A DNA stretch of 62,957 bases, the filler included, from Octopus bimaculoides (Eukaryota), in NCBI RefSeq assembly GCF_001194135.2. It is 6 parts of 6 records of this genome, joined end to end, with 100 filler letters (N's around TTAATTAATTAA, not from the genome) between each part and the next. Parts side by side here need not be neighbours in the genome. Positions count along the whole stretch, not along the records: positions 1 to 22,835 come from NC_068992.1; 5 more parts are not named here. The stretch is one strand, 5' to 3'. The translations under genes were made by a program, and so were the position numbers. Of the stretch, positions 1 to 12,261 are shown piece by piece (positions within the stretch are counted from its first letter, which is position 1; each line of letters opens with the position of its first letter). The notes beneath the pieces were generated by a model. It worked only from the letters and a program-made list of their open reading frames with translations. It was not told where the DNA came from and ran no database searches.

Positions 1-38
<38 letters not shown>

Positions 39-81
39 TACACATATATATATACATATATATATATATACACATATATAT

Positions 82-474
82 ATAAATTGTAAATGCAAAA
101 AATAACAACAAAAATACAAAGGATTCTGTGGTACACGTGTTTCAAGCTTTATATCAGTGTATAATTGACAATACAAAGCTATCAGTGTAATCGTGGCAAG
201 GTATGGACAGTTTTCAGAGTACCGAGGGAATTATGTGTAAATGGAGAATTCTACGAGGTATAGTACAATGCAAAATACCGAAAGGAACTTCACCTCTTAT
301 ATCGCACCTTTCTTCCTCCTTTAACGCCGATGTGATATAATTTCTTGGGAGAGAAATACTTTTGCGGCTGAAGATAGCTTTGTATTGTCAATTATACACT
401 GATATAAAGCTTGAAACACGTGTACCGCAGAATCCTTTGTGTTTTTGTTGTTATTTTTTGCATTTACAATTTAT
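82..474. mobile_element. MITE-like element with 102-bp terminal inverted repeats (82-183 / 373-474)
   Basis: The arms are reverse complements with only 2 mismatches. TA dinucleotides at 83-84 and 472-473 fit a Tc1/mariner-type TA target duplication. No coding capacity. Confidence 0.85.
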
Positions 475-633
475 TCTTTCACCTCAACCACGAGCTGGCA
501 TACACAGGTGCTTACAATTGTCAAGTATTGCCTCTAACTTTTACCTTACCACATATATATCTACATATATATGCACACACACACACACATACACACACCA
601 CTAAAAGATATGTTTTCTAAATTTTTATTTCAG

Positions 634-860
634 GCAAAAATTGGCTGTTGAAAGTTATTTCACCTGAAGAAGAAGAAAGAAAGTTTTTTGTAGAAATTAT
701 TCAAGACAAGTTATCTTCTTTCTCCAGAAACTTGACATGGAAACGTTTCACTTTTTATGGAGATGGCTATATCATGTATTTTAATCTGAAGACGTATGAA
801 GACGATGAAATTACAAGCTTAAAACTCCATTTCTTTGATAAATCTCTTAGAATCAGTGAA
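634..860 (+). CDS. Coding exon A (internal, phase 1 to 0) of a type I membrane receptor-like gene; extracellular region
   Basis: Acceptor ttttatttcag at 633. Only one frame is open (KNWLLKVISPEEEERKFF...SLRISE). Donor GAA|gtaaag at 860/861 is phase 0, matching exon B. NLT sequon present. Confidence 0.7.
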
Positions 861-1894
861 GTAAAGTTATTTTCTTCAGCTATCTTAAAATATCTAAAGA
901 TGATAGGGGGCTGATTGCATGTTTTAGGGGAGTGAATTTCATGCTTCAAAATGGCTGGGTCCAGACTCTCAGTGGAACCACCTTTACTTCTAGTTCTTTT
1001 CTGAAACATTCTTATTATGATGGACAACTCTAGACTTGGCCCCTACCACATATACACAAAACCCATCCTGTCCCCTTTTAATTCTATCTCTCCTGTTTTC
1101 TCTCAACCCTTTCACTAACCCTTTCCTCCTACTCTGTTCCCTGCCTTATTCCCCACCCTCACCTCCTATTTACCATCCCCCATCCCTCTTCCTAGAATCA
1201 CCTCCCACTCTTCTGTTCTCTCTCTTTTATAGAGGCCACTTTAGGGCTTCAGCATTACAAGTTACAAGGCAATCTTCACTAGCGTTGGTGCCAGGACACA
1301 AATAATGATGAAGATGATGATGATACTGGTGTTAATGTAATCAGCTAAACACTTCCATCAAAAAGTGTCACCCTCCCAACTGAACACCTGAAAATCCATC
1401 TCCAATGTTACTTAACTCTTACTGGTCTGTTCCACTTCACTGCAAATACATACCCTAAAGTGTTACATCTTACTGCTGCAAGCAGTGGGAGCAGTGTATA
1501 ATTGTTGACTATTTCATTGATTTTTCAGTATAAATCTATGTTCTACCATCAGTGTAGCATGGACTGTCACTCTTCTAATTAAAATCAGAAATGTCAATAA
1601 CCTGTTGACAGATATACCTAATTAGAAAAGTCAATCAGAAGAATCTACTTATCAAACTTTTGAGTGATGAATATTATTAGTTGTTCGACAACTGATTGAT
1701 TGATTTGATTGATTGATTGACTCGGAGGGAGGTGGGTAGGAAAGTACTTAAAGTTTCTCCCCGACTAAAAATAAATACAAATAGAGAGTGTAGGGACAAA
1801 CAACATCAACAACTTGGCAGGGAACAGAGGAAAATCATAATCAGTGCTTTAACAATTGAGCTGTGTTAACGATGTTTTAAATCTATCATTTCAG

Positions 1895-1994
1895 ATAAGT
1901 TTAACCAAGAATCACCCAGAGTATAAATTCAAAACAAATGAAGAAAGAAAATTGCAGAATAGTTCAGTGACAGAATTTACTCGAATAACAAAAG
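1895..1994 (+). CDS. Coding exon B (100 bp, phase 0 to 1), juxtamembrane extracellular
   Basis: Acceptor tctatcatttcag, donor AAAG|gtatac. Only frame 0 is open (ISLTKNHPEYKFKTNEERKLQNSSVTEFTRITK). NSS sequon present. Confidence 0.75.
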
Positions 1995-2311
1995 GTATAC
2001 AGTGTTTAAATATTGTTTATTTTAAATGTCAGACATCAACATTAGTATAAATGCACACACTTATACACATACATATTTTCCTCACATATACACAAACATA
2101 AACTGGTTGGGTGGATAATGCAGGGAACAGCCAACTCAAGAGTATGCTCTAGCATGGCCGTAGTTAAATGACTGAAACAAATATAAGAATAAAAGAATTC
2201 CAGTTTGAGGTGAGAGAACATGTAAAATTCATAGTGGTGGGAAGTGGGGAAGTGTTGTAATTATTAGAAAGAGGGAGCGCCAGAACAAACTGCCATGTTT
2301 AATTAAATTTA

Positions 2312-2655
2312 ATGGAGAAAGTGGTAATAAAAAAAGCCAAACTCGCTATCTTCAGTTTGGTTTTCATGTCTATCCTCAACTATGCTCATGAATGTTAGGT
2401 AATGACTAAAAGAGAGCAATTGCAAATATATGTGGCCAAAATGAAGTTTCTTGGAAGAATCTCTGGAGAAACTTGACAAGGTGTGTAGCTCAGATATCAG
2501 GGAGTTTCTCCAAATGTAGCCACTGCTTTTCTGCATTGACAGGTCATAACTCTGGTACTATAGATATGCAATTACAATGGCACCGGAAAGATTGCAAGGT
2601 ATATTCTTCAAGCCAAGTCAGGAAAGTTAGGGGTAGACCAAGAATGAAATAATCG
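2312..2655 (+). mobile_element. Decayed RTE-clade LINE, ORF2 C-terminal fragment
   Basis: Translation with stops: KAKLAIFSLVFMSILNYAHEC*VMTKREQLQIYVAKMKFLGRISG...DKVCSSDIREFL...VRGRPR, the typical post-RT RTE region. Confidence 0.65.
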
Positions 2656-2963
2656 GATTAAAGCCATAGTGTCAGTTAGTGACCCTTGGGAACCAGTTAG
2701 AAAGTGTAATGATGGTTGTTTCTGTTCAGACCCTATGGATGAGCTGGTTGAGGAATTTACCTCTACAACCCTACCAGGATTAGTAGGAAGAGAAGACAGA
2801 TGGATGGATGGTTTTAAAATTCTTAAATCTGACAAAAGATTATAACATTTACTTTATAATCCTTTTTCTTTGAGCATTAACCTAATAACAGCAACTGTGA
2901 ACATCCCTTGGCCTTTTAGTGTTTTTTGTTATTTGCATTTGTTTTACTATATATATATATGTG

Positions 2964-3009
<46 letters not shown>

Positions 3010-3099
3010 NNNNNNNNNNNNNNNNNNNNNNNNNNNNNNNNNNNNNNNNNNNNNNNNNNNNNNNNNNNNNNNNNNNNNNNNNNNNNNNNNNNNNNNNNN

Positions 3100-3965
3100 N
3101 CTCTGTCGTGTGTGCACACTGACATTACACATCCAGCGGACCATGCAAGCTTCATTTCTTTCGAGCCTACGTATGTCCTCCACAGTCGCGGCCCATGTTT
3201 CACTGCTGTGAAGCATGGCAGTTCGCAAACATGCATCATACAATCTATCTTTTACTCTGAGCGAGAGGCCCTTTGTCACCAGTAGAGGTAGAAGCTTTCT
3301 AAACTTTGCCCAGGCTATTCTTATTCTAGTGGTAACACTCCCAGAGCATCCACCCCCACTACAAACTTGGTCACCTAGGTAATGAAAGCTATCAACTACT
3401 TCTAGTTTCTAACCCCTGGAATGTGATGGAATCTGTTTTCTGAGCATCTGTGGTGTTTATTGCCCCTGTGCATCTGCCGCATATGAAATCTATCTTCCCG
3501 GTTAATCTTCCTTTGAAGTTTCTGCACCTCTTATGTGTCCATAGCTTACACTGGGTACATCTTATGGAGTTTCTACCTACACCTTTTCTACAGATCAAGC
3601 AGGGCCACCTACCTGATGGGGTGTGTGATAAGTTCACCTTCCTACTTGCTAAGGCCTTTTGATTCTAAACCTTGCTTCCACACCTAAAATTTCTTCTCTA
3701 GTTCTGGTAGTGATTCTACTATAAGGACCAGGTCATCAGCATAGAGGAGCTCCCAGAGGCAACCCGTCTTGAATTCCTCTGTTATTGCCTGGAGGACTAT
3801 AATGAATAAAAGGGGACTGAGGGCTGATCCTTGGTGGACCTCTACTTCTACCCAGAATTCTTCACTATACTCATTGCCAATCCTAACCTTACTAACGGCC
3901 TCTCTGTATAGGGCCTGTACAGCCTTTATTAACCATTCGTCAATCCCCAGTTTCCGTATTTTCAC
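3100..3965 (-). mobile_element. RTE-clade LINE reverse transcriptase fragment with an inserted PHD-like Cys/His finger
   Basis: Motifs VHQGSALSPLLFII, LLYADDL, WPCLICRKGVGRNSIRCTQCKLWTHKRC and LSLRVKDRLYDAC...MLHSSETW, with frameshifts and stops. Confidence 0.9.
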
Positions 3966-4940
3966 ATATGTGTGTGTGTGNNNNNNNNNNNNNNNNNNNN
4001 NNNNNNNNNNNNNNNNNNNNNNNNNNNNNNNNNNNNNNNNNNNNNNNNNNNNNNNNNNNNNNNNNNNNNNNNNNNNNNNNNNNNNNNNNNNNNNNNNNNN
4101 NNNNNNNNNNNNNNNNNNNNNNNNNNNNNNNNNNNNNNNNNNNNNNNNNNNNNNNNNNNNNNNNNNNNNNNNNNNNNNNNNNNNNNNNNNNNNNNNNNNN
4201 NNNNNNNNNNNNNNNNNNNNNNNNNNNNNNNNNNNNNNNNNNNNNNNNNNNNNNNNNNNNNNNNNNNNNNNNNNNNNNNNNNNNNNNNNNNNNNNNNNNN
4301 NNNNNNNNNNNNNNNNNNNNNNNNNNNNNNNNNNNNNNNNNNNNNNNNNNNNNNNNNNNNNNNNNNNNNNNNNNNNNNNNNNNNNNNNNNNNNNNNNNNN
4401 NNNNNNNNNNNNNNNNNNNNNNNNNNNNNNNNNNNNNNNNNNNNNNNNNNNNNNNNNNNNNNNNNNNNNNNNNNNNNNNNNNNNNNNNNNNNNNNNNNNN
4501 NNNNNNNNNNNNNNNNNNNNNNNNNNNNNNNNNNNNNNNNNNNNNNNNNNNNNNNNNNNNNNNNNNNNNNNNNNNNNNNNNNNNNNNNNNNNNNNNNNNN
4601 NNNNNNNNNNNNNNNNNNNNNNNNNNNNNNNNNNNNNNNNNNNNNNNNNNNNNNNNNNNNNNNNNNNNNNNNNNNNNNNNNNNNNNNNNNNNNNNNNNNN
4701 NNNNNNNNNNNNNNNNNNNNNNNNNNNNNNNNNNNNNNNNNNNNNNNNNNNNNNNNNNNNNNNNNNNNNNNNNNNNNNNNNNNNNNNNNNNNNNNNNNNN
4801 NNNNNNNNNNNNNNNNNNNNNNNNNNNNNNNNNNNNNNNNNNNNNNNNNNNNNNNNNNNNNNNNNNNNNNNNNNNNNNNNNNNNNNNNNNNNNNNNNNNN
4901 NNNNNNNNNNNNNNNNNNNNNNNNNNNNNNNNAAATTAAG

Positions 4941-4971
<31 letters not shown>

Positions 4972-4972
<1 letters not shown>

Positions 4973-5685
4973 GGTGTAGAAGCGAGGGCTAGAATCGAAG
5001 GGCCTTAGAGTCAACCTAGCTAAAACCAAAGTTCTAATAAATAGGAAGGTAAACAAAACACAAACCCCTTCAGGTAGATGGCCCTGCTCAATCTGTAGAA
5101 AGGCGTAGGTAGAAACTCTATAAGATGTACCCAGTGCAAGCTATGGACACATAAGAGGTGCAGCAATATCAAAGGAAGGTTAACTAGGAAGTTAGTTTTC
5201 GTATGTGGCAGATGTTCAGGAGCAATAAGCACTGAAAAAGTGCAGAAAACAACTTTGGCCACATTCCAGGGACAAAAACTAGACTTAGTTGATAGCTTTC
5301 GCTAACTAGGTGACCAAGTTAGTAGTGGGGGATGGTGCGCTGATAGAGTAACTGCTAGAATAAGAATAGCTTGGGCAAAGTTCAGAGAGCTCTTACCTCT
5401 GCTGGTGACAAAGGGTCTCTCTCTCAGAGTAAAAGGCAGACTGTATGACGCATGTGTATGAACAGCCATGCTACATGGCAGTGAAACATGGGCCGTGACT
5501 GCTGAGGACATGCATAGGCTCACAAGGAACGAAGGCAGTATGCTCCGATGGATGTGTAATGTCAGTGTGCATACTAGACACAGTGTAAGTACCTTGAGAG
5601 AAAGGTTGAACCTAAGAAGCATCAGTTGTGGTGTGCAAGAGAGATGACTGCGCTGGTATGGTCATGTGGCAAGAATGGACGAGGA
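4972..5685 (+). mobile_element. Second copy of the same RTE LINE family, opposite orientation
   Basis: LESKGLRVNLAKTKVLI, WPCSIC...CTQCKLWTHKRC, LPLLVTKGLSLRVKGRLYDAC. Homologous to the reverse complement of 3100-3690. Confidence 0.9.
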
Positions 5686-6529
5686 NNNNNNNNNNNNNNN
5701 NNNNNNNNNNNNNNNNNNNNNNNNNNNNNNNNNNNNNNNNNNNNNNNNNNNNNNNNNNNNNNNNNNNNNNNNNNNNNNNNNNNNNNNNNNNNNNNNNNNN
5801 NNNNNNNNNNNNNNNNNNNNNNNNNNNNNNNNNNNNNNNNNNNNNNNNNNNNNNNNNNNNNNNNNNNNNNNNNNNNNNNNNNNNNNNNNNNNNNNNNNNN
5901 NNNNNNNNNNNNNNNNNNNNNNNNNNNNNNNNNNNNNNNNNNNNNNNNNNNNNNNNNNNNNNNNNNNNNNNNNNNNNNNNNNNNNNNNNNNNNNNNNNNN
6001 NNNNNNNNNNNNNNNNNNNNNNNNNNNNNNNNNNNNNNNNNNNNNNNNNNNNNNNNNNNNNNNNNNNNNNNNNNNNNNNNNNNNNNNNNNNNNNNNNNNN
6101 NNNNNNNNNNNNNNNNNNNNNNNNNNNNNNNNNNNNNNNNNNNNNNNNNNNNNNNNNNNNNNNNNNNNNNNNNNNNNNNNNNNNNNNNNNNNNNNNNNNN
6201 NNNNNNNNNNNNNNNNNNNNNNNNNNNNNNNNNNNNNNNNNNNNNNNNNNNNNNNNNNNNNNNNNNNNNNNNNNNNNNNNNNNNNNNNNNNNNNNNNNNN
6301 NNNNNNNNNNNNNNNNNNNNNNNNNNNNNNNNNNNNNNNNNNNNNNNNNNNNNNNNNNNNNNNNNNNNNNNNNNNNNNNNNNNNNNNNNNNNNNNNNNNN
6401 NNNNNNNNNNNNNNNNNNNNNNNNNNNNNNNNNNNNNNNNNNNNNNNNNNNNNNNNNNNNNNNNNNNNNNNNNNNNNNNNNNNNNNNNNNNNNNNNNNNN
6501 NNNATATATATATATATATATATAAACAA

Positions 6530-7282
6530 ATAACAGGTAGAAATTGGTTCATTCATTACACCTGTTTCAAATGAGTTCAAACAACTTCTGTTTCCAATAC
6601 ATCTGTCTTTTGCAATGTCCATTAATAAGTCCTCAGGTCAGACTTGAAAAGTTGCTGGTTTGCAAATAGTGAAGGGATGTTTTTCACATGGTCAGTTATA
6701 TGTTGGGGCTTCCAGAGTGGGGAACAAGAACAATCTTTCCATTTTTACCCCTACTGGTAAAACCCAAAACATTGTCTATAAAGAAGTTTTTAGCATGGGA
6801 TCAACAAACTAAAATTTGCAGAATGAATAATAACTTTGAATTGACACTGTCAACGTCATACTATATTCGTCTAAGAAAAGCTATATGTAATTTTGTTTGT
6901 TGTAATACATAAGTTCAATAAATTATAACACATGTGTTTTTAGTTTACCCCTAACTTTTATTTAGTTATCTTGTACTAGACATGAGCCAAAGTTTGTGTG
7001 ATGTTTGCTTCATTTATAGACAGAAATACTAGAGATCATACACCAGAAGTTTCTATGCACCCATAATGATATTAGCCAGAAGGAAACAGCTCTATCATTT
7101 ACACGAAAGTTGACAGTCATTCCTTGTATGTTGACCAGAAGGATACAGCTCTATCATCTACATGGAAGTTAACAGCCATTTCTTATATATGTTCAATACA
7201 ATCTAAGTGAATAACTTTCAATATTCATAGTACAATTTTGACAGCTTTTCTCAAACGAGTCAATGCCGGGTGTTTCTGCTAG
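6530..7282 (+). mobile_element. Helitron 3' fragment (PIF1-like helicase C-terminus and 3' terminus)
   Basis: Frameshifted translation FPIHLSFAMSINKS.GQT...VAGLQ...CFSHGQLYVGASRV...TQNIVYKEVF*. Degenerate GC hairpin followed by CTAG at 7279-7282, then T. An internal ~60-bp tandem pair lies at 7075-7195. Confidence 0.85.
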
Positions 7283-7422
7283 TGTGTGTGCGTGTGTGTG
7301 TGTGTGTGCATGTGCATGTGTGTGCATGCATGTGTGTATTAAAAGTAATCTATTTTAATCCATTTACTGCTCTATGCTTTAGAGCGCGCCTCTTTTTCAG
7401 ATATACAATGACCATATGTATA

Positions 7423-7870
7423 CAGGGTGCGTAAGATATATAATATAACAGATATATAATAACAGACAATAACTTTATTTATCAAAAAATGCTATGAGGA
7501 TAAAAATAAACCTTCTTTTCTATAATGTTATTCAATAAAATCACCTTCAGCTTCAACAAGTGCTTCTATATGACATCTAAATCATCTACAAGTGATCCCG
7601 GTTCATTTTGTACATTACTCTGACTATGGCAGCTTTCAAAGAATCTTTGGTGTTATGGGTGTGTTTATAGACCTTTCTCTCAACAATGCTCCACATGTAA
7701 TAGTCCAATGGATTGAGATCTGGGGAATTAGGAGGCCAAATGTTAGGGGTTATGTGATCATGAAAGTTTTCAGTCATCCATTCCTGTGTTACTAGAGCCA
7801 TGTATGATGGTGCAGAGTCTTACTGAAACACATATGACCTTCCATTGCATACACTGTCTATCCATGGTGG
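7423..7870 (-). mobile_element. Tc1/mariner superfamily (maT/DD37D-like) transposase 3' remnant with TIR
   Basis: YVFQ*DSAP...WPPNSPDLNPLDYYMWSIVERKV...EAEGDFIE*. Terminus TA-CAGGGTG at 7421-7429. Confidence 0.8.
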
Positions 7871-9559
7871 TCATTTAATACTATAGATTTCAGATAATAT
7901 ATATATGTATGTGTGTGTGTATATATAAATATAATATATATATGTATACATATATATATATGTATATGCATATGTATATATATATATACATATATATTTA
8001 AGAGCAATCTTCAAGAGCATTTAAGAGCAATCTTCAAAAGCAATGAAAAATAAAAACTTTTTACCTTGTTATTTTATTCTGGTCAGACCTAGGTTTCAGG
8101 ATTTTTTTAGCAAATAAAATAATTTGCTTGGCGAAATCCTTCTTCAGTGACCACACCATAACACTAACATATAATTAAGAGACTATAAACACGTATCTCT
8201 TCAATATACACCATAATTTTTCAAATTCATCACACAAGCACAGTATCAGTCGGCAGTAAATGAATGACTGCCGAAAACAATCTTTTAAAAGATTGCTAAA
8301 GATATATACGTAAAATATATATAGGGTGGTAAATTTTTTTGAAAATTAACCACCAGCGGCTTAACATGCATAAAAAGTCAATAGACAACATATTCTCAAT
8401 ATAAAATAGTGTACATTTCAACACAAGAGAAAACTACCTTCAACAGGCAGTTTTTGCATGCTAGAAGAAGTAGTCAAAACAATCAAAACCACATGTAACA
8501 GGAAATGCATCCATTTGTAGAAAATCTGCCTCAATAAATTCCATGTCCCATCCAAGTATGGAATAGTGGACATCAAAATGATGATGAAGATGATATCTTT
8601 CTGTTCATCATTTGCAACTGTCATTTGTTATTTCTTGTGTCTATGAATGGTTCCTCCAAGTTGATGGAATTTATGACTAAGATGGACAATCATCACATGA
8701 AACAAGATTAGTCTTCTCTGGTCAATAATAATGTTTCTCTATTTCAGAGATATAGTTGTCAATTTTTTTCTATTAGAATATTTACTTTTTAGAAAAAGAG
8801 TGCACAATAAGTCTCGTAATTGAAACATAATTATTTTGTGTGCATGTATGTGTGTGTGTGTGTGTGTGTGCCAGATGAGAAAAAGACTACGACAAGTGGT
8901 GAAACACTGTGACAGCCATCTAACCCATGGNNNNNNNNNNNNNNNNNNNNNNNNNNNNNNNNNNNNNNNNNNNNNNNNNNNNNNNNNNNNNNNNNNNNNN
9001 NNNNNNNNNNNNNNNNNNNNNNNNNNNNNNNNNNNNNNNNNNNNNNNNNNNNNNNNNNNNNNNNNNNNNNNNNNNNNNNNNNNNNNNNNNNNNTATATAT
9101 AAAATGGAAAAACACAATAGAGGACAATAAAACATCCGGACAGACAGACACTACAAAGGTGGACAGGAAAAATAACAAATAGAGGGACAAGAAAAAATAA
9201 GGACGGTTCATTTGTGGCCTTCTCTCCTTAGACAAGTTATCAGATTGTCATTACAGATTTAGGCAGTTACACTTGAGACTGTTCAAATCTGGTTGCCTCC
9301 CAAAAAGTCTCACCTAAGAGCATTAGATTTTTTTGTGACAAAGCAAGCGAATGTGTACAACAACAAAGACAAAAAACGGAGAACATGTTACACAATTACA
9401 AATATAAACAGCAAGAAAATAACAACAGGTGTCTTTTGACTAATTAAGACGAATCAAATTGAGCTGGCATGTGTAGAGTGAAAGGCTTCACCTTTATATC
9501 GTCAGCTATGAATCCACCACATCCTATAGTGGAAACAGCTGTAAGTTTTCTCTCTCTTT

Positions 9560-9955
9560 CTCTTTTACTTCTTTCAGTCATTTTGACTGCAGTCATGCTG
9601 GAGCACCACCTTTAGTCGAGAAAATCAACCGCAGGACTTATTCTTTGTAAGCCTAGTACGTATTTTAGCGGTCTCTTTTGCCGAAATGCTAGGTGACGGG
9701 GACATAAACACACCAGCATCAGTTGTCAAGCAATGCTAGGAAGACAAACACAGACACACAAACATACACACACACATATATATATACATATATATGACGG
9801 GTTTCTTTCAGTTTCCGTCTACCAAATCCACTCACAAGGCTTTGGTCGGCCCAAGGCTATAGTAGAAGACACTTGCCCAAGATGCCACGCAGTGGGACTG
9901 AACCCGGAACCATGTGGTTGGTAAGCAAGCTACTTACCACACAGCCACTCCTGTG
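9560..9955 (-). mobile_element. tRNA-derived SINE family 1, near full length
   Basis: Head caggagtggctgtgtggtaagtagcttgcttaccaaccacatggttccgggttca (A/B-box-like), central microsatellite, tail gactgaaagaagtaaaagag. Many homologous copies in the window. Confidence 0.9.
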
Positions 9956-10006
9956 CTTGTGTCAATGAAGTTCCTAAGATAATCGATTATTCTTTTGTCA
10001 TCTCCA

Positions 10007-10149
10007 GGAGTGGCTGTGTGGTAACAAGCTTGCTTCCCAACCACATGGTTCTGGGTTCATGGCACCTTGGGCAAGTGTCTTCTACTATAGCCTTGGTCCA
10101 ACCAAAGCCTTGTGAGTGGATTTGGTAGACAGAAACTGAAAGAAGCCTG

Positions 10150-10189
<40 letters not shown>

Positions 10190-10372
10190 ATGCGCGCATG
10201 TGTATGTGTGTGTGTACATCCCTGTAACTTAGCAGTTCGGCAAAAGAGGCCAATAGAATAAGTACTAGGCTTACAAAGAATAAGTCCTGGGGTCGATTTG
10301 TTCAATTTAAGGTGATGCTCCAGCATGGTCACAATCAAATGACTGAAACAAGTAGAAAAGATAAAAGAGAAT
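10007..10372 (+). mobile_element. tRNA-derived SINE family 1
   Basis: Same head, core and tail as 9560-9955, in opposite orientation. Confidence 0.9.
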
Positions 10373-11988
10373 ATACACATATGTTGGTGACAGGAAAGGC
10401 ATCCAGTCATAGAAAATCTGCCTCATCAATTCTATCGGCCCATGCAAGTCTGGAAAATGGACATCAAGATGATGATGATGATGTTGTTTATCTGTTCATC
10501 ATTTAATGTTGTCATCAGCTATTTTTTGTTTCCAAAAATCTCTTCCTGACTGAATGGTTACTCCAAGTTGATGGAAATCATGAGATGGACAATCCTCATA
10601 TGAAACAGGATTGGACTTCTCAGTTCAATAATAATATTTGCATATTTCAGAGCTATTTTTGTCAAGTTTTAATGAAAATTTATTCTTTACTTTATAGAGA
10701 AAGGTGAGAAAATACAGTCAACTAAATCATGTCACATTATGAACATTATGAAAATAGGTACATATTTTTGTCTTCATATATCCTCAAATAAATTTTCTTT
10801 ATTAATGTTTCATTCTGAAACTCCATGTTTTCAAGTCCAGTCCCTCTACATGGTACCTTGGGCAAATGTCTTCCACAAGAGCTCAAAACTGAAAATCTAA
10901 TGTCCTCTGGGTGAATTTAGAAGTTAGAAATTCTGTAATTATTATTTGATTATCACTGGAATGGTAGCCACTTAATGTCATCTATAGAAAATGTGGGTCA
11001 GGTTCTCTCATGGATTGTGAGCTATGAATAATAGTTAACTCCTCTCAAATATGATTTTATTATTGAGAGTGGGTTTTTCTCAAAACTCGATGTTGAATTT
11101 GATCAACAGTTTAATAACTGCAACAAGAATGTCTGAATGAGTTTGTCTCTTTTTCTTTCCATATCTCTATTCAAATATTCTACCTTTGTTTTAACTAATT
11201 TTGAAAATAAAGAAGAAATTAGGAAAATGAATTTGCCATTATTAAGCTTGTGTTTGACAGTTTAAAAACTGCAGCAAAAATATCAGAATGAAATACAGAA
11301 AGTTAAGTGAAATTAACAGACTTAACATAATAACTGCCTCACACTAAAACTTGTAATTAATTAACTCTTAAAATCAAACTTAAAATTTTCCAAGTCTTGT
11401 AATAATTCTGTCATAAAATGAAACTGAATGATAGAAGAAAAGATTAGGGCTTTGTTCCTCCAAATGAATGTGAACAAGGTTTGTACATCTCCCTATGGTA
11501 CTGGGATGTAATACAAGGAGTTAAGATTTAAAATTACACTTATGATGAAAAGAAAAATCAATTGTAAAAATGGTAATCTTTGTCCAAAAGAAGAATGACA
11601 AGTTCAACATTCAAACTGTTTTAAGAATATCTAATGGGACTATGCAGTAGGGAGAGTGTGGGGTCTGGTAAAAATGAATACCAATGTATTTTACGGTAGA
11701 GGTTTAATAAGACTAAAGCATATCTAGAGTTATCTCCCATACTTGCCAATGACCAGACTCTTTTCCTAAGGCATGTCCCCATTCAATTTTTTATCAGTTT
11801 TCATCTTGGAATTGTCTCCCTTAATTTTGACAGCAATTATCATTAAAACTAATGAATTCTTTTTAATTACATTAGTAATTTTGAATGGTGATCAATTTGC
11901 TTTTGATAATTACATTAGGTATATTAGCTTCTACTTAATATACTTGAAATATTGTTTAACTGAGTATCTTATTGCTTTTTTTCTTTAG

Positions 11989-12052
11989 TTATTGGCTCCC
12001 TTGCAGTCATTATATCATTCTTGATCATCATCATCACCATTCTCAGAATCAG
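11989..12052 (+). CDS. Coding exon C (64 bp, phase 1 to 2), transmembrane helix
   Basis: Acceptor gctttttttctttag, donor CAG|gtaaac. Encodes VIGSLAVIISFLIIIITIL followed by RIR, a basic stop-transfer. Phases join exon B and exon D exactly. Confidence 0.8.
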
Positions 12053-12115
12053 GTAAACTCATATATTACTAATCTTTACTCCTATTTTATTCCCTTCTTG
12101 AGTTTGTATGTGTTT

Positions 12116-12154
<39 letters not shown>

Positions 12155-12197
12155 TGTGAGTGTTTGTATGTTTGTGCATGTATGTATTTTTCTATAT

Positions 12198-12261
<64 letters not shown>

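Noticed and set aside
648-914. 88-aa ORF as a stand-alone gene
   Set aside because: It starts at TTG just after a splice acceptor. It is better explained as exon A reading past its donor at 860.
9506-9540. 35-nt candidate exon (ttatatcgtcag|...CAGCT|gtaagt) in the receptor intron
   Set aside because: The splice sites are good, but it shifts frame between exons B and C and no compensating exon was found. Left unresolved.
10651-10703. 53-nt version of the exon ending at the 10703 donor
   Set aside because: It is open only as phase 0 to 2, which is incompatible with the flanking phase 1 junctions.
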